A stretch of DNA of 64,000 bases from an uncultured Chitinophagaceae bacterium (GTDB lineage Bacteria > Planctomycetota > Planctomycetia > Pirellulales > UBA1268). Both the position numbers and the translations under genes were made by a program. Shown here piece after piece: positions 8,683-16,886 of the stretch; position 1 is the first letter of the stretch; the number at the start of each line of letters is the position of its first letter. Below the pieces are notes generated by a model that had not been told where the DNA came from, did not search any database, and worked only from the letters and a program-made list of their open reading frames with translations. The stretch spans positions 19,231-83,230 of the forward strand of contig CAZRKH010000126.1 in NCBI GenBank assembly GCA_964600785.1, written 5' to 3'.

Positions 8683-9974
8683 GCCTCCGCCTCCCCGAGA
8701 TAGGCGTTGATCACCCGCTCGTCGCGGCGAATCTCCCGCGGTGTGCCCTCGGCAATCTTCACACCGTGGTCGAGCACGCTCACCCGGTCGCTGACACGCA
8801 TCACCGTCTGCATGTGGTGTTCGATCAGGAGCACCGTCACGCCGGAGTCGCGGATCTGCCGGATCAGTTCGGCGACCGCCGCGGTTTCGGCGGGGTTCAT
8901 GCCCGCGGTCGGCTCGTCGAGCAGCAGCAGCCGCGGCCGCGTGGCGAGCGCTCTGGCGATTTCGAGGCGGCGGCGGTCGCCATAGGCCAACTCGCCGGCT
9001 CGCCGTCCAGCCTCGCCGGCCAGGCCCACCTTTGCCAGGATCTCCGTGGCGACCTGCTCGGGGTCGTCGATCCGCCGCGACCCTCGATGCCCCCAGTCGA
9101 GGCCCACCCGCACGTTCTCGCGCACCGTCATTCCCTCGAAGAGCCGGATGTTCTGAAACGTGCGGGCAATTCCCGCAGCCGCCACAACCTCCGGCGAGCG
9201 ACGACCCCGCCGCCAGACCGCGTAGCCGCCCGCCGCCCCCACTAGCCAGCCGGCCGCCAGGGCTGTCCAGCCGCGGAGGCGGATAGCTCGCTTGCCCGCG
9301 GCGAGGCGGTCAAGCACCTCGCCATCGACGGCATGCACCGCGTCGGCGGCATCGCCGAAGTCGGTCGCCTCGGGCACCGTGCCCGGTCCGGCCCGCCGCG
9401 CGGTGACCGCCGCCTGCAGGGCGTCGCGAAGCCCGCTGGCGTCCTCGCGGCTGCGGCGAATCGCCACCACCTCGCGGCCGTCGGGAGTGACCACCCGCCA
9501 GCTTGCCCCCAGCCGATCGACGGCCAGCTCCCAGCGAAAGTAGCTTCGCAGCCTGCGGCCGAGCGTCGCAGCCCGCGGCGGCTCCCCGGCGGCCATCGGC
9601 CGCTTGACGACCGCCAGCCAGACCCCGTCGATATCGATCGCCACCGCGGCCACCAACAGACCGGTCAGCAGGCCGATCGCGACAATCCCCCAGAAGGCCA
9701 CCGGGGTGAATGGCCTGGCCACCCGTCGGCCGTCGAGCCGCACCGTGCCCCGCGTGGGGCGATTGATGCCGCTGATGCAGTTGAAGGCGGTCGTCTTTCC
9801 CGCACCGTTGGGCCCGATCAGCGAGGCGATGGCCCCCTGCTCCACATCGAGGTCGAGATCGGCGACCGCCACCAGCCCGCCGAAGCGGACGGTCAGCCGG
9901 TCGACCGAGAGCAGCGGATCGGCGGCGGTCTGTTCGAGCGAGCGATCGCGGCGGCGGCGGGGAAAGCGGACCAT
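8679..9974 (-). CDS. livG: LivG-type ABC transporter ATP-binding protein with a ~170-aa internal insertion
   Basis: From the ATG at 9974: LLSVDRLTVRFGGLVAVADLDLDVEQGAIASLIGPNGAGKTTAFNCISG. The insertion follows, then GIARTFQNIRLFEGMTVRENV, YGDRRRLEIARALA and LLLLDEPTAGMNP. The ORF-track 5' extension to 10532 is antisense-type overlap with livM and is rejected. Confidence 0.85.
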   Translation of the reverse strand: MVRFPRRRRDRSLEQTAADPLLSVDRLTVRFGGLVAVADLDLDVEQGAIASLIGPNGAGKTTAFNCISGINRPTRGTVRLDGRRVARPFTPVAFWGIVAIGLLTGLLVAAVAIDIDGVWLAVVKRPMAAGEPPRAATLGRRLRSYFRWELAVDRLGASWRVVTPDGREVVAIRRSREDASGLRDALQAAVTARRAGPGTVPEATDFGDAADAVHAVDGEVLDRLAAGKRAIRLRGWTALAAGWLVGAAGGYAVWRRGRRSPEVVAAAGIARTFQNIRLFEGMTVRENVRVGLDWGHRGSRRIDDPEQVATEILAKVGLAGEAGRRAGELAYGDRRRLEIARALATRPRLLLLDEPTAGMNPAETAAVAELIRQIRDSGVTVLLIEHHMQTVMRVSDRVSVLDHGVKIAEGTPREIRRDERVINAYLGEAEA

Positions 9975-9979
9975 CGATC

Positions 9980-11077
9980 TCAATTCTCCGAGTTCCCTGC
10001 GGCAGGAGGCAACTTTCCAGCACCCCGACGCGTCGGCAGGAGCCCCTCGGAACGAAACCGCATCATCACGATCAGCACCATCCCGAAGACGGCCAGCCGC
10101 CAGCCGCTGAAGGAAAGAATGCTCGAGCCGGTGGTATTCAGCCCGACCTGCTGCAGCCAGGCATCGGCCCGAGGCGCGAGCACGGTGTCGAAGCCGACGA
10201 GAATCGCAACCCCCGCCAGCGTGCCGGGAATGCTGCCGAGCCCACCAAGGATCACCGCGCAAAGCATCAGCACCGACCGCTGGAAGTCGTAGGTGTTTGG
10301 ATCGGCAGTGGTCGAAAGCGAGGTCACGTAGAGACAGCCCGCGAGCCCTGCGATCGCCGAAGAGATCGCGAAGGCGGCGAGCTTGACCCGACCGACCGGC
10401 ACGCCGACGGCAGCCGCTGCAAGCTCGTCCTCGCGGACCGCGGCCATCGCTCTCCCCAGCCGGGAGCCTTCCAGCCACCGCAGGCCCGCTACCACCGCGG
10501 CCAGCGCGGCCAGGGCCAGCCAGTAGAACCATCGCGGGTCGACCACGAACTCACGGCCGAGGTCGATTCCCCCGATCTCCAACGCCGCCCCCGGCGGCGG
10601 TACCGGGCCGAGCCCCTGCATGCCCCCGGTGATCTCCTCGAGGTTGCGAAGGGCGACTTTGACCACCTCGCCGAAGCCGAGCGTGACGATCGCCAGATAG
10701 TCGCCGCGAAGCCGCAGGGTGGGCGCCGCGAGCAGCAGCCCCGCCCCGGCCGCCACGGCCACCGCCGCTGTTGCCGCGGCCGCGAAGGGCCAGCCGAAGG
10801 GCAGCGTAGGGACGGTGAGGATCGCAGCGGTGTATCCGCCGATCCCGAAGAGGGCCGCAATCCCCAGGTGGAGGATGCCGGTGAAGCCGACCATCACGTT
10901 GAGAGCCAACGCCAGGATCGCGTAGATGAAGAGGATCGTCACCTGCCCGCCGAGGCCACCGCCCAAGGGGGGCACCAGCAGCGGCGCCACGGCGAAGGCC
11001 ACCAGGGCCGGCAGCTCCCAGCGGACCGGACGGCGGCGACGGCCGGCGGATGCGGATGCGTCATGCGGCACGGCCAT
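9980..11077 (-). CDS. livM: Branched-chain amino acid ABC transporter permease LivM
   Basis: ILFIYAILALALNVMVGFTGILHLGIAALFGIGGYTAAIL and downstream TM helices are typical of LivM. The start is set at the ATG at 11077 (MAVPHD), just downstream of the livH stop at 11083. Confidence 0.85.
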   Translation of the reverse strand: MAVPHDASASAGRRRRPVRWELPALVAFAVAPLLVPPLGGGLGGQVTILFIYAILALALNVMVGFTGILHLGIAALFGIGGYTAAILTVPTLPFGWPFAAAATAAVAVAAGAGLLLAAPTLRLRGDYLAIVTLGFGEVVKVALRNLEEITGGMQGLGPVPPPGAALEIGGIDLGREFVVDPRWFYWLALAALAAVVAGLRWLEGSRLGRAMAAVREDELAAAAVGVPVGRVKLAAFAISSAIAGLAGCLYVTSLSTTADPNTYDFQRSVLMLCAVILGGLGSIPGTLAGVAILVGFDTVLAPRADAWLQQVGLNTTGSSILSFSGWRLAVFGMVLIVMMRFRSEGLLPTRRGAGKLPPAAGNSEN

Positions 11078-11082
11078 GCTCC

Positions 11083-12030
11083 TCACACCTTCTCCCGCTG
11101 GCGACGGCCGAAGAGCCCTTCGGGCCGGAAGACCAACACGGCGATCAGCACGGCAAACACGATGCCTCCGGCCCACCGCTCACCGAGACAGGCGCCGCCA
11201 AGGGCCCGCACCAGCCCGATCACGAGCCCCCCCACCACCGCCCCGGGAATGCTCCCGATGCCGCCGAGCACCGCCGCGGTGAACGCGTAGAGCCCGGTCT
11301 GGAATCCCATCTGGAAGCCGATCGTGGTGATCGTGGCGGCGTAGACCACGCTCGCGGCCCCGGCGAGAAAACCGCCGAGAAAGAAGGTGGCCCCGATCAC
11401 CTTCTCCACGTTCACACCGACCAGGGCCGCGGCGGTGGGATCCTGGGCCACGGCCCGCATCGCCTTCCCGCTCCGCGTGGATCGAACGAGCACCGCGAGG
11501 CCGGCCATCAGCGGCACCACCACGGCAACCACCAGCAGGTCTCGTGAGGAAAACCGCAGGCTCTCGAAGGGCAGGAGGTTGTCCGCCGGCACGAGCGACG
11601 GGAAGGAGCGGTCCGACGGACCGATCCAGAACAGGCCCAGGTTCATGAAGATGAAGGAGACGCCGATCGAGGAGACCAGCGGGGCGAGCTTGGGGCTCTC
11701 GCGAAGCGGTCGGTAGACGAGCCGGTCGACCGCAAGATTCAGCCCCCCGCAGAAGAGCCCGCAGAGCACCACCAACAGCAGGATCCCGACGGCTGCCGGG
11801 GCTCCCGCCTGCGGCGGTCCGGCGGCCTCCACGAGCGTGACCGCAAGACAGCCGCCGAGCATGAACAGATCACCATGGGCGAAGTTCACCAGGCCGACGA
11901 CGCCGTAAACCATCGTGTAGCCCAATGCCACCAGGGCGATCAGCGATCCCGAGGCAAGCCCGATCACGACCTGCTGCGCGATAAACTCCAGCGACATCAC
12001 GGTCTCGGCGAGCGGCAACGCCAGCGACAT
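11083..12030 (-). CDS. livH: Branched-chain amino acid ABC transporter permease LivH
   Basis: FIAQQVVIGLASGSLIALVALGYTMVYGVVGLVNFAHGDLFMLGG is the canonical LivH N-terminus. The alternative start is the ATG at 11997. Confidence 0.9.
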   Translation of the reverse strand: MSLALPLAETVMSLEFIAQQVVIGLASGSLIALVALGYTMVYGVVGLVNFAHGDLFMLGGCLAVTLVEAAGPPQAGAPAAVGILLLVVLCGLFCGGLNLAVDRLVYRPLRESPKLAPLVSSIGVSFIFMNLGLFWIGPSDRSFPSLVPADNLLPFESLRFSSRDLLVVAVVVPLMAGLAVLVRSTRSGKAMRAVAQDPTAAALVGVNVEKVIGATFFLGGFLAGAASVVYAATITTIGFQMGFQTGLYAFTAAVLGGIGSIPGAVVGGLVIGLVRALGGACLGERWAGGIVFAVLIAVLVFRPEGLFGRRQREKV

Positions 12031-12033
12031 CCC

Positions 12034-13281
12034 TCAGCCCTCCCCGCCGTTCTCGACAACGGTCTTGGCCTTGCCCGGGTCAACCCCGCCCGCCTCGAGC
12101 TGTTCCTCGAAGGCAAAGCGGCCGTCGCGAACCGCGAGCACCGTGAGGGCTGCCAGCGTCGTGTCGCCATTGGCATCAACGCTCCAGCGGCCGAGCGGCC
12201 CGTCGAAATCCCGGATCGCCAACGCCGCGTCGGTGATCGCCCGGCGGTCCTTCACGCCCGCGGCGGTGATCGCGTGGATCGCGACCCGCGCCGCTTCGTA
12301 TCCGTACACGGCGAAGGCCTCCGGCGGCTCGCCGTGCAGCTTCTCATACCGCTCGACGAAGGCCCGACCGCGGCCGGTGAGCCGCTCGGGGGCGATACCG
12401 CCGAAGGTCACGTAGCAGCGGCCTTCGACCGCCTCCCTGCCGGCCGCCTCGATGAAGGCGGGTTCGAGGCAGCCGTCGGGCACCAAAAGCGGGCTCTCGA
12501 TCCCGGTGGCGGCGAGGTCCTTGGCCACCTGCCCGCCCTTGCTCTGGGTCGTGCCGCCGAAATAGACGAGATCGGGGCCGGCCGCGGCCACCGTCGCCAT
12601 CAACGAACGAAATTCCTGCGCCTTCGGATCGATCGAATCCTGCCCGAGAACCGTCAGGCCCAGTTCACGGCAGCGTTCGGCGAAGAGGTCGGCGATCCCC
12701 TTGCCGTAGGCATCGCCGTCATCGAGCACGAACACCCGCTCGAAGCCGCGGCCGGCGGCCCAGTCGGCCGCCAGCGGCCCCTGCAGATCATCCGCGGGAA
12801 TCACGCGGATGAAGTTTCGCCTGCCGGTCGGCCGGTAGACCTCCGGCTCTCCAAACTCCCCGAGGTCCGGCTTGGTGAGGCCCACGGCCGTGGTGGCCGG
12901 CGAGACCATCAGCAGGTCCCCGTAATTGAGGATCGGCATCGAGACCCGGGCGGATCCGGAGTTGAGCGTGCCGATGTAGGCCACGACGTCGGGATCCTGC
13001 AGGGCCGCCCGGGCGTTGGCGGCCTCGGCCTCGCTCGTCCACAGCCCGGTGGCGGCGGTTGAGTCGTCGAGGTCGAGGTAGTCGATCCTGAAGGGGCCCG
13101 CCCGGCCGCCGGCCTCCTCAATCGCCATGCGGATGCCGCGGACAACCGTGTCGGACTGCTGCCGGGCCGAGCCGGTCCGCGGCAGACTCGAAACGATCCG
13201 CACCAGACCGGGATCGGATTCCCTGCAGCCGGTGAGAACCGCCGCCAGGACCATTCCCGCCAGCAGAGTGCGAGGGTGCAT
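12034..13281 (-). CDS. Periplasmic substrate-binding lipoprotein of the Leu/Ile/Val-binding (LivJ/K, Peripla_BP_6) family
   Basis: Lipoprotein signal MHPRTLLAGMVLAAVLTGC. VRIVSSLPRTGSARQQSDTVVRGIRMAIEE...YIGTLNSGSARVSMPILN is typical of type-I amino-acid-binding proteins. It is the first gene of the operon. Confidence 0.8.
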   Translation of the reverse strand: MHPRTLLAGMVLAAVLTGCRESDPGLVRIVSSLPRTGSARQQSDTVVRGIRMAIEEAGGRAGPFRIDYLDLDDSTAATGLWTSEAEAANARAALQDPDVVAYIGTLNSGSARVSMPILNYGDLLMVSPATTAVGLTKPDLGEFGEPEVYRPTGRRNFIRVIPADDLQGPLAADWAAGRGFERVFVLDDGDAYGKGIADLFAERCRELGLTVLGQDSIDPKAQEFRSLMATVAAAGPDLVYFGGTTQSKGGQVAKDLAATGIESPLLVPDGCLEPAFIEAAGREAVEGRCYVTFGGIAPERLTGRGRAFVERYEKLHGEPPEAFAVYGYEAARVAIHAITAAGVKDRRAITDAALAIRDFDGPLGRWSVDANGDTTLAALTVLAVRDGRFAFEEQLEAGGVDPGKAKTVVENGGEG

Positions 13282-13314
13282 CCCCGAAATGCTACGGGCA
13301 GCCGTTTTCCAGCG

Positions 13315-14478
13315 TCAATTCCGGCTGCTGGGGCCCTCGGCAAGGCTGCCAAGAGTCTCGAGCATCGGCGTCACAACCTTCCCCAGAATCTCCCGCACAC
13401 CGGGAATCGCCATTGCCGTGTCGATCACCTTGCGAAGCACCCCGAGGTTTTCCCCGATGAATCCCGCGAATGGAGCCCGCTCAGCCGCCGGCAGTCCGCC
13501 GGCTTCTCCGGCGAGTTGCTCGAGCGACGAGGAAATACCCTCGAGTTTCGGCAGAGCCGCCTCCGCGGTGGTGGCATCCGTCACGCCCGCAAACACCGTG
13601 GCGAGTCGACCGAACAGTTCGGTCGCCGAACGACCGAGCCGTGCCGCCTCGACGAACTTCGGGTCGATCGTGATGACTTCGGTCACGGTATCGACGATCC
13701 CGTCTTCGGTGGCCTCGACCACCTCCGTGACCCGATCGGTGATCGGACCATCACGGGTTTCAGCGACCACCGCCACGGCCTCGTCCCCGACTTCATCACG
13801 AGGAGCCTCGCGGCCGCGAAACAACAGCACCGCCGCGGCGATTGCCGCGATCGCCAGCAGCGGGAGCAACCAGCCTGGCATGCCAGAAGTCGCGGCGGCA
13901 GGGCTCGGCCTGCCCGGGGCCGTGGACGAACCCGAGGGAAGCAGCGAGCCGAGGTCGCCGAGTGAAAGGCCGGCCGGCATGGCGGCGGCGATGTTGTTTT
14001 CCTGCTCGGAGAAGAACCGCGATACTCCCGCGGCATCAGGCCTGCCACCAAGTTGTTTGGCAATCGCCCCGAGCACGATCGGAGCGAGATACCCGACGAT
14101 CTTCTTCATGAGGTCGGGCTGGGAACCGACGTAGCTCGCAATCGCCGAAATGATTCGACCCAGGTTGCCGCTCCCAAGCAGCGTGCCCAGGAGGTCACCG
14201 CCAAGCTTGCCGAGGCTCGAACCCTGGCTGCCACCCAGATAGCCGACGAGGTCTCCGAGCCTCGAAAGGTCGAGGCCGCCCATCGATTTGGCAAGTTGTT
14301 CGGCACCGGTTCCGGAGGAGGCAAGCTTGCCGAAAATCTGCAGCAGTGCAGGCACAGCGGCAGTGCTGGCCGACTCGGCCTGCTCGCGGGATGTTCCTGC
14401 GAGGCTGCCAAGCTTGCCAAGCACCTCACTCGAAAGCTGAGAGGAAATCAGATCGACGATATTCATGGGATTCTCCAA
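13315..14478 (-). CDS. DUF937-domain membrane protein (unknown function)
   Basis: The N-terminal ~160 aa (MNIVDLISSQLSSEVLGKLGSLAG...AVPALLQIFGKLASSG...LGGDLLGTLLGSG...YLAPIVLGAIAKQLGG) has the Gly/Leu-rich DUF937 pattern. One TM follows (WLLPLLAIAAIAAAVLLF), then an acidic ~170-aa C-terminal region. GGAG lies 4 nt before the ATG at 14478. Confidence 0.6.
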   Translation of the reverse strand: MENPMNIVDLISSQLSSEVLGKLGSLAGTSREQAESASTAAVPALLQIFGKLASSGTGAEQLAKSMGGLDLSRLGDLVGYLGGSQGSSLGKLGGDLLGTLLGSGNLGRIISAIASYVGSQPDLMKKIVGYLAPIVLGAIAKQLGGRPDAAGVSRFFSEQENNIAAAMPAGLSLGDLGSLLPSGSSTAPGRPSPAAATSGMPGWLLPLLAIAAIAAAVLLFRGREAPRDEVGDEAVAVVAETRDGPITDRVTEVVEATEDGIVDTVTEVITIDPKFVEAARLGRSATELFGRLATVFAGVTDATTAEAALPKLEGISSSLEQLAGEAGGLPAAERAPFAGFIGENLGVLRKVIDTAMAIPGVREILGKVVTPMLETLGSLAEGPSSRN

Positions 14479-14648
14479 AAATGCGAAAAGTGCATACGGA
14501 CACGAATGCAGGCATCCCTTGCGGGGGAGGCCATCGGATGTACGGGCGAGTCAAGGTTGTAGCGCCGGCCGGCTCTTTTCGCAACCGGCCGCAATCCCGC
14601 CCGCCTCACACATCGCACACACTCTGTCGGCGGCGGACCGGCCGCGGC

Positions 14649-16886
14649 TCACATGCCGGAAATGCCGGCTTGCACCGGGCGGTTCACCAGCCGCCAGGTG
14701 CGGTGAATTCGTCGATTGCGAAAGTCTTCCGGCAGCGTCTGCCGGGTGATCTCGCGGATTGCGTAGTGGGCGGCGAGTCGTTGTTCATCGAGCCGGAAGC
14801 GGCGAAAGTTGCTCGAGAAATAGACCACGCCCCCGGGCACCAGGCGATCAGCGAGCAGCTCGAGCAGGCCGGCGTGATCATCCTGCACGCTCCACGGCTC
14901 GGGGCTCCTCGCCGATCGCGAAAAGGTGGGCGGATCGACCACCGCCAGGTCAAAGGCCGCCTCGCCGCGGCGGCCGTGATGGTGCAGGAAGGCCCTCGCC
15001 TCGTCGCGAACCAGGCGGTGGGCGGCGGGAGCGATGCGGTTGGCCGAAAGATTCCGCCCGGCCCAGTCGAGGTAGGTATTTGACAGATCGACACTTACCG
15101 TCTCCCTCGCCCCACCGGCCGCGGCGGCGACGGTGAAGCTGCCGGTGTAACAGAAGAGGTTGAGCACCCGCTTCCCGGCCGCCTCATCGCCGACGAGCCT
15201 GCGGGTGGCGCGGTGGTCGAGGAAGAGCCCGGTATCGACGTAATCAGAGAGATTCACCTCGAAAACCAGCGGACCCTCGCGGACGGTGTGTATCTCCTGC
15301 CGCTCGTCGAGCTTGTCATACTGCCCACCGCCACGCTGGCGTCGCCTCGCCTTGAGAAAAGCTTTCGCAGGCGGGACGCCAAGCTCCGCCGCGGCCTCCT
15401 CGAGCAATCGCGCGAGCCAGACGGCATGCTCGAGATCGGTGCGGCCATGGGGCCGGTCATACTCCGCGGCGTGGAGCCAGCCGCCGTACCAGTCGATCGC
15501 CAGCGGGATCTCGGGGATGTCGCGATCGTAGAGACGGTAAGCCTCGATTCCCTGCCGCCTCGCCCAGCGGGAGAGATGGCGAAACCGCTTGGCGAGCCGT
15601 CGGCGAAAGTCGCCGGCCTGCTCGCGGAAGCCGCGGGCAGCCGCGCCGGCGGTGGCCGCTGCGGGCTGGCTGCTCGCCGGCGGCGGCGGGCGGCGGCGGA
15701 TATCGGCCACCAGCAGCCGGCAGCGGATCGACCCGTTGGTCAGCGGCAGCCGCAGTCTCGGCTTCAGGGAGAACCGCCTCGCCGCGGGCGTGTCGGGGGC
15801 GAGCACCGCCGCCTGCCAGCCACCGAAGCGGCTGAAGAGCCAGTCCCCGAGCCGCTTGAAGATCATCCCTTCGCGGGCTGCCGGCAGCCGCTCGCCGTAG
15901 GGCGGGTTGGTGACCACCAGCCCCGCCTCGGCCGGCGGCTCGACCGCGTCGAAGCCCTCCGTCGTGAGCCTCAGGCAATCGCCCACTCCCGCCGCCGCGG
16001 CATTGGCAGCAGCCGCGGCCGCCATCGCCGGATCGAGGTCGCTGCCCACGAACAGCCCCTGCGGCTCGACAACGCGGCCTTCGAGTTGGGCGATGATCCG
16101 CGATGCGAGATCCCGATCGCAGTCGCGAAACCGCAGGAACCCATGGTCGCCACGCCTCGCCCGCACGAGCCCGGGAGCGATTCTGGCGGCCGCGGTGGCC
16201 GCCTCGATGAGAAAGGTGCCCGATCCGCACATCGGATCGAGCACCGCCATCGACTGCCCTGTTTCCTCGTCGGGCCGCCAGCCGGCCAGGGCCAGGATCC
16301 CCGCGGCAAGCACCTCCGAGAGCGGCGCCTCCCCGGTCACACGCCGCCAGCCCCGCTGGTGCAGGGAGCGGCCTGCGGCATCGCGATAGAGCGTGGCGGT
16401 GGTGCCCACCAGATGCACCGCCAGCCGCTGGCTCGCGCCGCGACGTCGCACGTCGGGCCGCCAGCCGGCCCGCGTCCGCAGGCAGTCGACGACGGCATCC
16501 TTGACCAGCTGGGCCGCATAGAGCGAGTTGGTCAGGAAGGTGTCGTGGATCACCGCATCGACCCGCAGCGTGTCGTCGCGGGAGAAGTGCTCCCGCCAGT
16601 CGATTGCGGTGATCGCCGCGTGCATCGCCGCGGGGGAGTCGACGGCAAAGCGGCCAAGCGGCTCGAGCACCCGAATCGCCATGCGGCTCTCGAGCACGCT
16701 GCGGTAGAGAACCTCCGTGCCGCCGGCAAACTCCACCGTCCTCCGCCCGACCGCCAGCACTTCGCCACCGAGGCCGCAAATCTCAGCAGCCAACAGCCCC
16801 TCGAGGCCGCCGAGGGTTCGGGCGGTCAGCCGCGGCGGCGCGTCAGGATCGGGGGGCGGCAGCGGCCGCGGCTCAGCCGGCTCCAT
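14649..16886 (-). CDS. rlmL: Bifunctional 23S rRNA m2G2445/m7G2069 methyltransferase RlmKL
   Basis: Recalled E. coli RlmL blocks are present in the expected order: LDPMCGSGTFLIEAA, VTNPPYGERL, WARRQGIEAYRLYDRDIPE, DTGLFLDHRATRRL, VVDPPTFSRS and PEDFRNRRIHRTWRL. The gene is 745 aa. Confidence 0.92.
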   Translation of the reverse strand: MEPAEPRPLPPPDPDAPPRLTARTLGGLEGLLAAEICGLGGEVLAVGRRTVEFAGGTEVLYRSVLESRMAIRVLEPLGRFAVDSPAAMHAAITAIDWREHFSRDDTLRVDAVIHDTFLTNSLYAAQLVKDAVVDCLRTRAGWRPDVRRRGASQRLAVHLVGTTATLYRDAAGRSLHQRGWRRVTGEAPLSEVLAAGILALAGWRPDEETGQSMAVLDPMCGSGTFLIEAATAAARIAPGLVRARRGDHGFLRFRDCDRDLASRIIAQLEGRVVEPQGLFVGSDLDPAMAAAAAANAAAAGVGDCLRLTTEGFDAVEPPAEAGLVVTNPPYGERLPAAREGMIFKRLGDWLFSRFGGWQAAVLAPDTPAARRFSLKPRLRLPLTNGSIRCRLLVADIRRRPPPPASSQPAAATAGAAARGFREQAGDFRRRLAKRFRHLSRWARRQGIEAYRLYDRDIPEIPLAIDWYGGWLHAAEYDRPHGRTDLEHAVWLARLLEEAAAELGVPPAKAFLKARRRQRGGGQYDKLDERQEIHTVREGPLVFEVNLSDYVDTGLFLDHRATRRLVGDEAAGKRVLNLFCYTGSFTVAAAAGGARETVSVDLSNTYLDWAGRNLSANRIAPAAHRLVRDEARAFLHHHGRRGEAAFDLAVVDPPTFSRSARSPEPWSVQDDHAGLLELLADRLVPGGVVYFSSNFRRFRLDEQRLAAHYAIREITRQTLPEDFRNRRIHRTWRLVNRPVQAGISGM

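Noticed and set aside
9975-10532. 186-codon 5' extension of the livG ORF
   Set aside because: The extension overlaps livM in a different frame and is Arg/Gly-rich. An ATG at 9974 gives a canonical LivG N-terminus just after the livM stop.
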